A DNA stretch of 32,000 bases from Pyrodictium delaneyi (lineage in GTDB: Archaea > Thermoproteota > Thermoprotei_A > Sulfolobales > Pyrodictiaceae), in assembly GCF_001412615.1 (NCBI RefSeq), contig NZ_CP013011.1, positions 1,590,001-1,622,000 on the forward strand, given 5' to 3'. Both the position numbers and the translations under genes were made by a program. Positions 25,479 through 32,000 of this stretch are shown piece by piece (position 1 is the first letter of the stretch; each line of letters opens with the position of its first letter). Below the pieces are notes generated by a model, which saw only the letters and a program-made list of their open reading frames with translations, made no database searches and was not told where the DNA came from.

Positions 25479-27983
25479 GTGATACGCGGGGGCTGCACTA
25501 TGGGTGCTGAGCCTTCGTCGGCGCCTACCTTTAGACCGAAAATAGAGGAAAAACGTTGGAGCAAAGAGATAGAGAAGGAACTTCTATCAAAATGGAGCAA
25601 GGAGAAGCTATACGAATTCAACCCAGAACGTGAGGGTCCAATTCTCATCATAGATACGCCGCCTCCCTATCCTAGCGGCAAATGGCACGTAGGTGGTGCG
25701 GCACATTACGCACAGATAGACATGATAGCACGCTACTTCCGGATGAAGGGCTGGAACGTATTTGTACCATGGTATGCCGATCGTAACGGCTTGCCAGTGG
25801 AAGTTGCCGTGGAGAAGAAGTACAAGATAGTAGCACACGAAATGGCCAAGACCAAAGAGGGTCGACTGAAGTTCTTGGAGCTATGCAGTAAAGAGCTCGA
25901 CAAAATAGAGGAAGAGCTGGTAAGAATATGGTCCCGGCTTGGCTGCAGTTTCACATACATCCAGAACGGGACAGATAGCCCTGAGTATCGTCGTATAACA
26001 CAAGCTACATTCATTGAGCTGTGGAGACGCGGTCTAATATACGAGGCTGAACGGCCAGTAAATTGGTGTCCACGCTGCCGCACTACTCTTAGCGAAGCAG
26101 AGATAGAGCATCGTGAAGAAGACGCTTACCTCTACTACGTGAAGTGGAAAGTTAAGGAAACCGGCGAGGAGATAGTAATAGCCACCACGCGCCCCGAGTT
26201 GATAGGTGCTGCGAGAGCTGTGGTCTACAACCCCGAGGACGAGCGATACAAGAGGCTCAAAGGACTACACGCCATAGTGCCCATATACGGCTACGAGGTG
26301 CCGATACTAGAGCATCCGGCAGCTAAGCCTGAGTTTGGTACAGGACTTGTAATGGTCAGCAGCTATGGTGACTGGACAGACGTACAGATGCTAAAAGACC
26401 TAGGACTTGAGCCAAAAGTCATAGTAAATTACGATGGCACGCTTAACGAAAAGGCCGGCTTCCTCCAAGGCCTCCCGATAAGAGAGGCAAGACGTCGTAT
26501 AGTAGAGGAACTCGAAAAACACGGACTTATAGAGAAGAAGGAGTCTCTGAGACACAGCGTGCCTATATGTTGGCGGTGCAAGACACCTGTGGAGATCGTA
26601 CATGTACGCGAATATTTCCTGAAGCAGCTAGAGTTTAAGGACAAGCTGCGCGAGATAGCATTAAAGGTTCACTTCCGGCCAGAAAAGCATCGCCGCAAGC
26701 TACTGGACTGGATAGATAGCTTGAAGATGGACTGGCCTATATCACGTACAAGATACTATGGAACCGAGATACCTCTCTGGACGTGCCGTCGCTGCGGCGC
26801 CAAGCTCGTTCCTGAACCCGGCCGCTACTACAGACCTTGGCTGGAAGAACCCCCGTGGGACAAATGCCCGAAGTGTGGAGCACCACGCAGCGAGCTAGAG
26901 GGCGAGAAGCGAGTATTCGACACATGGTTTGACTCTAGTATAAGCGTGCTATACGCATCAGGATACATGAGAAACCCGAGGCTCTTCGAGAGAGCCTTCC
27001 CGCAGAACGAGGAGCTGCCCTACACTATGCGACCCCAGGGACTCGACATCATACGCACATGGCTCTACTTCACTATGCTCCGGGTCTACCAGCTGCTAGG
27101 CAAGCCAGCATTCCGGTGGATACGCGTAACAGGCATGGGGCTTGACCCGACAGGAAGGACTATGCACAAGAGCCTCGGCAACGTGATAGATCCGGAGCCA
27201 TACATAGAGACTTATGGTGCTGAGCCGTTCCGGTTCTGGGCAGCAGCTGCTGCTAGGCTCGGCGATGACTACCGCTTCAGCGAGCAAGTGCTGAAAACCG
27301 GTAAGCTCTTCCTGACAAAGCTGTGGAACATATCCAGGTTCGTATCGAGCTTCCCGAGGCCCGCTGAGGGATACAAGCTTAGGCCTATAGACCTAGCCTT
27401 CCTAGGAGCGCTAAACGAGCTGATAAAGAGGGTAGACCGCTATTATGGAGAAGAGCTAGATGTACACCAGCCCATAAACGAGCTCTACAACTTCACGTGG
27501 AATGTGTTCGCGGCGCACTACATAGAGATAGTGAAGACCCGGGCCTATAACAGAGAGGGCGAGTTCAGCGAGGAGGAGCAGAAAGCGGCCTGGTATACAC
27601 TACACGCCATACTAGATGCGCTACTACGGATGCTAGCCCCGATATTACCCTTCATAACCGACGCGCTGTATCGCAGACTCTACGGCAAGTCTGTACATCA
27701 GCAGCAGTTCCCAGAGCCGAACCCGGAGTGGAGTACTGACTATGCCAAGATGCTAGACAAGATCCTATCCCTCAACAGCGCGGTATGGTCGTGGAAGCGT
27801 AGCCACGGCTACAAGCTGTCGGATAAGGTAGAGGGCTACAAGCTATATGTCAGCAAGGACCTCGAGCCATTCATAAAGGATCTGTCATACATGCATAAAA
27901 TAGAGATAGTTGTCAAGGAGCCACCGCCTGGCGCAGAGAAGCTAACCGACGACGTCTACATAGCCAAAGCACAACCAAGCTAA
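25479..27983 (+). CDS. valS: Valyl-tRNA synthetase
   Basis: It has class Ia features: the HIGH region PPPYPSGKWHVGGAAHY, the KMSKS region GRTMHKSLGN, the CP1 zinc knuckle WCPRCRTTLSEAEIE, and the editing-domain block ATTRPELIGAARAVVYNPEDERY, which is characteristic of ValRS. The ~830-aa size fits. The start may be ATG at 25500 (MGAEPSS). Confidence 0.88.
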   Translation: MIRGGCTMGAEPSSAPTFRPKIEEKRWSKEIEKELLSKWSKEKLYEFNPEREGPILIIDTPPPYPSGKWHVGGAAHYAQIDMIARYFRMKGWNVFVPWYADRNGLPVEVAVEKKYKIVAHEMAKTKEGRLKFLELCSKELDKIEEELVRIWSRLGCSFTYIQNGTDSPEYRRITQATFIELWRRGLIYEAERPVNWCPRCRTTLSEAEIEHREEDAYLYYVKWKVKETGEEIVIATTRPELIGAARAVVYNPEDERYKRLKGLHAIVPIYGYEVPILEHPAAKPEFGTGLVMVSSYGDWTDVQMLKDLGLEPKVIVNYDGTLNEKAGFLQGLPIREARRRIVEELEKHGLIEKKESLRHSVPICWRCKTPVEIVHVREYFLKQLEFKDKLREIALKVHFRPEKHRRKLLDWIDSLKMDWPISRTRYYGTEIPLWTCRRCGAKLVPEPGRYYRPWLEEPPWDKCPKCGAPRSELEGEKRVFDTWFDSSISVLYASGYMRNPRLFERAFPQNEELPYTMRPQGLDIIRTWLYFTMLRVYQLLGKPAFRWIRVTGMGLDPTGRTMHKSLGNVIDPEPYIETYGAEPFRFWAAAAARLGDDYRFSEQVLKTGKLFLTKLWNISRFVSSFPRPAEGYKLRPIDLAFLGALNELIKRVDRYYGEELDVHQPINELYNFTWNVFAAHYIEIVKTRAYNREGEFSEEEQKAAWYTLHAILDALLRMLAPILPFITDALYRRLYGKSVHQQQFPEPNPEWSTDYAKMLDKILSLNSAVWSWKRSHGYKLSDKVEGYKLYVSKDLEPFIKDLSYMHKIEIVVKEPPPGAEKLTDDVYIAKAQPS

Positions 27984-27987
27984 ACAC

Positions 27988-28014
27988 GGAGTTGACTCCT
28001 CATTCCCTTTTTCC
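27988..28014 (+). terminator. Candidate terminator after valS: short hairpin ggagt-tg-actcc followed by cccTTTTTcc
   Basis: A 5-bp inverted repeat at 27988-27999 lies directly after the TAA stop (27981-27983). A T5 tract follows at 28008-28012. Confidence 0.45.
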
Positions 28015-28157
28015 AGCATACACGGTCCACCTCAAGGCACCGCCGACACAATCCATGATCTACAATCTATCTTGTTATCTTGTCTAGGACTGCAGAGGCC
28101 TAACTGCAACCAGCCTAAGCCTAGAAGAAGCTCAAAATGCACGAGTAGAGACAGTTC

Positions 28158-28215
28158 GGGGGATGACTGAAGCCGAGCAGCTGATAGAGTGATGTATCGG
28201 ATTTCGGCTGACCCC
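28158..28215 (+). ncRNA. Candidate box C/D sRNA (58 nt)
   Basis: The layout is GG-GGGAUGA(C-like)-14 nt-CUGA(D')-UAGA-GUGAUGU(C')-12 nt-CUGA(D)-CCCC. The D and D' boxes are exact and C' differs by one base. C has G instead of U at position 2. The ends are G-rich and C-rich. It lies in a 491-bp ORF-poor gap. Weaknesses are the 14-nt first spacer and the lack of a clean 3-nt K-turn bulge next to a terminal stem. Confidence 0.4.
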
Positions 28216-28474
28216 ACCACCTCAGAAGCATGCTTAAACAGAGCCAGTACTGATCCTACTACTCCTGGACCCGCGACGCCCGGGGAGAGACCGCCAAGGC
28301 TCAGCGGCGGACTGTGACCCCGGGTCTCCCGGCCTTCAACCCACCCCCTTCTCATTTCTGCACTCAAACCACCGACCAAAGCCACCCATTGACATGAAAT
28401 GAAGGCAGGAGGAGCTAAGGGAGCTGGTTATAGCTCCCCCTGAGCAAGGGCTTGATATTGCCCGGTGATACTAC

Positions 28475-29089
28475 ATGGCGATAGACCGGGATCGGGTTCA
28501 GAAACTTGACAAGATGCTTGCTGCACTAAAGTCTACACCACGTACAGGGTGGATGCTTCGCGGAGTTCATGCAGCTATAGCTGAGAGTATAGCCGAACAC
28601 ATGGCCGAATCAACAGTACTAGCACTTGTAATCGCTGAGAAACTAAGAGAGAACGGCGTAGAAATTGACGTGCTTAGGGCGGCAACTATTGCCGCTGTAC
28701 ACGACCTATCTGAATCAGTAATAGGAGACATTGTGAAACTAACTGCAGATGCTATAGGAAAGGAGCGCAAAGAGCAGCTCGAACTAAACGTAGCTAAGAA
28801 CACGCTTGGGGACGACAACATGCTCTATGCATTGATAAAAGAGTACATTGAACAGACAACTCCTGAAGCACGTGTGGCCAAACTGGCGGAGATTCTGTCG
28901 ACTCTTCTACAAAGCTTACGTTATATTATGCAAGGATATAGAGGTGTATCAGAGATTGCTTGTTCATCAGCACGCGCTATAAAGAAGATGATAGAAAACG
29001 CTAGCTGGCTAGCTTCGGTAAGAACCATCGTCGAGGACTATGTGAATGAGGGCCTTAAGGCATGCAATAACCCAAATACTTTAATATAG
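28475..29089 (+). CDS. HD-domain phosphohydrolase, YfbR/HDDC2-like 5'-deoxynucleotidase family
   Basis: TPRTGWMLRGV...ESIAEHMAESTVLALVIA...AAVHDLSESVIGDI matches the R-x-GW...ES-x-AEH...HDL-x-E-x-x-GD signature. Confidence 0.85.
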   Translation: MAIDRDRVQKLDKMLAALKSTPRTGWMLRGVHAAIAESIAEHMAESTVLALVIAEKLRENGVEIDVLRAATIAAVHDLSESVIGDIVKLTADAIGKERKEQLELNVAKNTLGDDNMLYALIKEYIEQTTPEARVAKLAEILSTLLQSLRYIMQGYRGVSEIACSSARAIKKMIENASWLASVRTIVEDYVNEGLKACNNPNTLI

Positions 29090-29744
29090 AAGAATGAGTA
29101 GTCAAGGAACGCCATTCATTACATTTGTTCATTAAGAGAATAGAAGCATTGCAAGTATTACATTGACGAGCTGCCCCTACTTACATCTTGTTGTCAAGAA
29201 ATAGTACTTATGTTTAGTATACTATCCATGGTGTGCCAAAGACTAGTCATTTGGTAACAGGCGATAGCCAGCGGGCACTCATTGCAACAACTGGTTTTCC
29301 TGACACGACTCTACTAGTATCGTTAGACTGTAGTACTATATATTGTATGAGCATGATACTTAATAACTATTGGCTGTCTTAGTGTTCGTCAGGTTACAAG
29401 GATGTTAGTTGATATGCCCGTCTCTTAATGTAGAGACAGGCGATAGACGTAGAAGACGGATACCGGGAAAGAGTAGCACTGCTTCGGGTCTATCTTGGGG
29501 TCAATGTATTTATGACTTGTGTATACGAGATGTCGGAGGGGCATGATCTAAGAATTGTGGCTGGGCATACTAGAGCTAATGTATATACTAGCATATTAAT
29601 TATATTGCCGAACTTTTGGTAGGCTCTAACATATGTAGGGATTAATCTAAATGTTAGTTGAGTGAAGTCCACAGGTATGTGAAAACCGATATTATTTAGG
29701 TATTACTTTAACCAATTGTGTATAAACAAGTATGTTTTAACGGT
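29090..29744. other. AT-rich (roughly one-third GC where counted) 655-bp region without a convincing ORF; contains short internal direct repeats
   Basis: My count for 29101-29160 gives 20/60 G+C, against ~50-60% in flanking genes. acaggcgatag occurs at 29258 and 29437. atgttagttga occurs at 29403 and 29652. The only ORF listed is a 60-aa minus-strand one (29490-29672) of doubtful composition. Confidence 0.6.
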
Positions 29745-30413
29745 TTAGAATGTATCATGTATAGTGTTTGATATGATTTCGTTTGTGAGTCGAGTCCCTT
29801 TCTGTGCCCACTCTATAGCGTGGATAGGAGATATAGACTGGACTACTGCACCTAGTCGTCTGGCTAGAAGTGACAACGCGTAGAGGAGTAGAGGGACAGT
29901 TCCCCAAATCCGCTTTCCTGTAAGCTTTGCTAGAAGCTTCTTGTAACGTGTCGCAAGAAAGTTTGCCAGCTTTTGTTTAGCCTCATTACCGTTTGCCGCG
30001 TAGAATATTCTAGACTTTATAGCTAATCTTTTCGCGCCACGAGTTAAGCCCAGAGGTGATATGTAGAGATAAGCCACATCTGCAGTATTGAAATATTTGC
30101 CCCTAAGCTTATCGAGGAAATGCTGCAGCCTCTTTATCCTAGTGGAGAACTGTGATGGTGACGTAGGTCTGGATTCTTGTGTTGATACGTATATGGCTAC
30201 TACTAGGGGGCTTGACCCAGGTATATCTATGACTACTATATGCAACCTCATATCGCTCGAGCTATGGACGGATACAGGCTTTACTACATGCGCCGCTCCT
30301 GATGCTTCAACCACCTTCGCTATGTGACGTGCTCCCCCGAGCAGAGGGAGAAGTATCTTGTTAGCTTCCGCTAGCGCTCTTGCCTTGCGCTCTTTGCTAG
30401 TCACTATCGTCAA
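29745..30413 (-). CDS. Hypothetical protein (222 aa), orphan-looking
   Basis: The ORF is protein-like, with a basic/helical N-terminus, a beta-rich core (HIVVIDIPGSSPLVVAIYVSTQES) and a hydrophobic helix (WGTVPLLLYALSLLARRLG). I recognise no family. It is flanked on both sides by unusually long non-coding DNA. Confidence 0.6.
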   Translation of the reverse strand: MTIVTSKERKARALAEANKILLPLLGGARHIAKVVEASGAAHVVKPVSVHSSSDMRLHIVVIDIPGSSPLVVAIYVSTQESRPTSPSQFSTRIKRLQHFLDKLRGKYFNTADVAYLYISPLGLTRGAKRLAIKSRIFYAANGNEAKQKLANFLATRYKKLLAKLTGKRIWGTVPLLLYALSLLARRLGAVVQSISPIHAIEWAQKGTRLTNEIISNTIHDTF

Positions 30414-30548
30414 TGACGTTCACCGTTTTGGCGAAGATTAGTACCCTAGCCTCGTGCTCCTGGGAATAACTTGAGTTCAGCCAGAACTATTGAGAATTGA
30501 TTACACAGGTACCGGACAGGAAGAGGAAGGCTCCACTTACTGCTGAGC

Positions 30549-30683
30549 TGTTACAGGGTAGTACGTAAGAGTGTTAACGCCTCTCCTGTCCAGGGATAGA
30601 CCTGTGGAGAGAAGGCAGGCAATAAGAGAGCCGTAGCATTGGTGTGTAACCTCTGCCTGACAGGGTTAGTGTTACAGGGTAGT
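30549..30683 (+). repeat. Exact 14-nt direct repeat tgttacagggtagt (30549-30562 and 30670-30683), plus a degenerate third copy tgacagggttagt (30658-30670)
   Basis: Read directly from the sequence. The expected number of chance 14-mer repeats inside a 488-bp region is about 4e-4. Confidence 0.8.
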
Positions 30684-30707
30684 CTGATGCTAGAGCAGCT
30701 AGACTCT

Positions 30708-30780
30708 GGGTGGTGACGAGTGGACCACGGGGTGAGCCCCTCTCAAGGGGCGGTGAAGACGACCCTGCATCGCTGAACCC
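30708..30780 (+). ncRNA. Candidate box C/D-like sRNA (73 nt) with an internal hairpin linker
   Basis: The layout is GGGU-G-GUGACGA(C, U5>C)-12 nt-GUGA(D', C1>G)-17-nt linker containing the CCCC-UCUCAA-GGGG hairpin-GUGAAGA(C', U5>A)-13 nt-CUGA(D)-ACCC. The 4-bp terminal stem GGGU/ACCC abuts the D box. It leaves exactly one nt plus GU before the GA of the C box, which is correct K-turn geometry. The boxes are degenerate, so this is tentative. Confidence 0.35.
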
Positions 30781-30901
30781 CTGTGAGTTCAGTTGATATG
30801 CGGCAGTAGTGTAGCAGCCTCGCTTGGTGCCTACACTTCGTCTTCGAATCCATTACGTTATTAGGACGTCCAGTCGAAAGGAAGGGTAGGGGAGGGTTAT
30901 C

Positions 30902-31810
30902 GTGGATGAGGAAGTGGTTAAGAAGTATATAGAGGCTGGACGTATTGCGCGAATAGTTCGGGACGAGGCTGCTAAACTCATAGAGCCCGGTAGAAGCGTC
31001 CTCGAAGTATGTACATATGTTGAGAACAGGATTAGAGAGCTAGGTGCAGCTCCGGCGTTTCCCTGTAACATATCTATCAACGAAATTGCTGCACACTACT
31101 CACCAGTGGTCGGGGATGAGACGTCTATCCCCGAAGGCGCGGTAGTAAAGCTTGACATAGGCGTTCACGTTGATGGATATATAGCTGATACAGCAGTCAC
31201 GGTCACGCTTGATGAAAAGTGGGCACAGCTTCTAGAAGCTGTAGAGGATGCGCTTGCAAGAGCTATAGAGCTTGTAAAACCTGGTGTGAAGTTCGCCGAG
31301 GTAGGTAGAGCTATAGAGGCTGCAATCAAGAACAAAGGGTTCAAGCCTATAACTAACCTTGGAGGTCATAGTTTGGCTAGGTACACTATACACGCAGGAG
31401 AGAGTATACCTAACGCCTATGACGCCTTGGTCCGTGGAAAGTTCTCATCAGGCAAGGCATATGCCATAGAGCCATTTGGAACCAATGGGGCTGGGCTAGT
31501 GTATGAAGGCGAGCTAGTCACTATCTATGCCTTAGTACGTTCGAGTCTCCGGCGTAGACTTGACCCCCGAACTAAGCGTATACTTGAGGCAGTCAAGGAA
31601 AGGTTCAAGACACTACCCTTCAACGAGAGATGGCTCACAGACGTTGAGGAGGATGTTGAGGTGCTTAGGAGGAGCCTAAGGAAACTAGCCCGCATGGGGT
31701 ATTTAGTACAGTATCCCGTACTTATTGAGAGGAACCATGGCATGGTTGCCCAGTTCGAGCATACAATAGTAATTACGGACAATGGTGAAGTGATAGTTAC
31801 AACTAAGTAG
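30902..31810 (+). CDS. map: Methionine aminopeptidase, type 2 (archaeal)
   Basis: The protein is colinear with remembered Pyrococcus MetAP: PAFPCNISINEIAAHYSP, KLDIGVHVDGYIADTAVTV, GFKPITNLGGHSLARYTIHAG, AIEPFGTNGAG and VAQFEHTIVIT. GTG start. Confidence 0.95.
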   Translation: MDEEVVKKYIEAGRIARIVRDEAAKLIEPGRSVLEVCTYVENRIRELGAAPAFPCNISINEIAAHYSPVVGDETSIPEGAVVKLDIGVHVDGYIADTAVTVTLDEKWAQLLEAVEDALARAIELVKPGVKFAEVGRAIEAAIKNKGFKPITNLGGHSLARYTIHAGESIPNAYDALVRGKFSSGKAYAIEPFGTNGAGLVYEGELVTIYALVRSSLRRRLDPRTKRILEAVKERFKTLPFNERWLTDVEEDVEVLRRSLRKLARMGYLVQYPVLIERNHGMVAQFEHTIVITDNGEVIVTTK

Positions 31811-31899
31811 GCTCCTAGGACTTGAGGCTGTAGGCCCAGGGCGCTCTAAATATAGAGTGGCTTAGGACAGGCAGCCTACTCATGAGGGTCTGAGGTGCG

Positions 31900-32000
31900 A
31901 TGTCGGTAAATACGACGATGCCTTTCATTAGCTCTTCATCGGATCTCGCTACATGGATAATAGCGATAAGCATCTTAGTCTCAACTGTGTTATCTATCCT
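31900..32000 (+). CDS. Possible 5' end of a membrane protein gene (runs off the window)
   Basis: ATG at 31900 is preceded by gaGGTGcg, and the frame stays open to the window end. The translation MSVNTTMPFISSSSDLATWIIAISILVSTVLSI ends in a hydrophobic, TM-like segment. Only 33 codons are visible. Confidence 0.3.
   Translation, partial: MSVNTTMPFISSSSDLATWIIAISILVSTVLSI

Noticed and set aside
28262-28340. SRP (7S) RNA or H/ACA sRNA in the GC-rich segment
   Set aside because: There is no helix-8 GGAA tetraloop with an AGCA-type motif. There is no two-sided pseudouridylation pocket and no ACA box at the expected distance.
28032-28385. 117-aa minus-strand ORF in the valS-HD gap
   Set aside because: It has a low-complexity G/S/L/P-rich translation and no start context. 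It overlaps the C/D-like element and the GC-rich hairpin. A homolog search could revive it.
29490-29672. 60-aa minus-strand ORF inside the AT-rich island
   Set aside because: It is at the minimum length, lies in AT-rich DNA where stop-free runs are not expected to be meaningful at this size, and has no start context. It is kept only as a remote possibility.
29669-29687. ORB-like origin recognition box tccacagg-tatgt-gaaaac in the AT-rich island
   Set aside because: It matches the TCCA..GGAAAC core only if a 5-nt insertion is allowed. There is a single copy, no G-string, no inverted partner box and no adjacent orc1/cdc6 gene.
30500-30860. RNase P RNA (rnpB), suggested by gaggaaggctccac (CR-I-like), gttaacgcc, gtaagag, gctgaacccc and gcagcctcgcttgg (CR-V-like)
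   Set aside because: The CR-I match needs an indel. The putative CR-V sits in the loop of a local 7-bp hairpin (agtgtag/ctacact). I could not build P1/P2/P4. The GC content (~50%) is far below what structural RNAs of hyperthermophiles normally show. The internal 14-nt direct repeat is also atypical. An Infernal scan with RF00373 would settle it.
1-32000. CRISPR arrays, IS elements, integrases, rRNA genes
   Set aside because: No regularly spaced 24-37-nt repeats, no transposase- or integrase-like translations and no rRNA-like conserved blocks were seen in any ORF-poor segment.

Overview
The window is a compact 32-kb chromosomal segment from a hyperthermophilic crenarchaeon (Thermoproteota). 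This is supported by the Cren7 chromatin protein, archaeal MetAP, L35Ae, a Pyrococcus-like GyaR, frequent GTG/TTG starts and short or absent leaders. About 34 protein genes can be supported, and most are housekeeping. They include class II RNR (runs off the left edge, absent from the ORF track), dUTPase, a MutS-like ATPase, glyoxylate reductase, glutamate dehydrogenase, pyrophosphatase, GTP cyclohydrolase I, a SPOUT methyltransferase, a class-III aminotransferase, Nudix, mevalonate kinase, ValRS, an HD phosphohydrolase and MetAP. No rRNA, tRNA, CRISPR array or recognisable transposase was found by eye. The most interesting region is a co-directional minus-strand cluster at 11.9-15.8 kb that looks lower in GC. 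It holds a stand-alone TGT-fold enzyme with the catalytic Asp motifs but no Zn site and no PUA/tRNA-binding domains, a radical-SAM enzyme translationally coupled to a Cys-rich 140-aa protein, and a DUF89-like protein with degenerate metal motifs. FolE and a PTPS/QueD-like gene lie in the same window, so this is a candidate non-canonical 7-deazaguanine (archaeosine-type or DNA, DpdA-like) modification module. Other leads are a 150-aa minimal GGDEF-like palm-domain protein, a KaiC/RadA-like ATPase with a small unknown partner, and a hypothetical plus nucleotidyltransferase pair. There is also a divergent GHMP-like paralog behind mevalonate kinase. Three unusually long ORF-free regions (27984-28474, 29090-29744, 30414-30901) contain two box C/D sRNA-like candidates, an AT-rich island with internal short repeats, and a 14-nt exact direct repeat. 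All family assignments come from reading the translations against remembered motifs. No database search was run.
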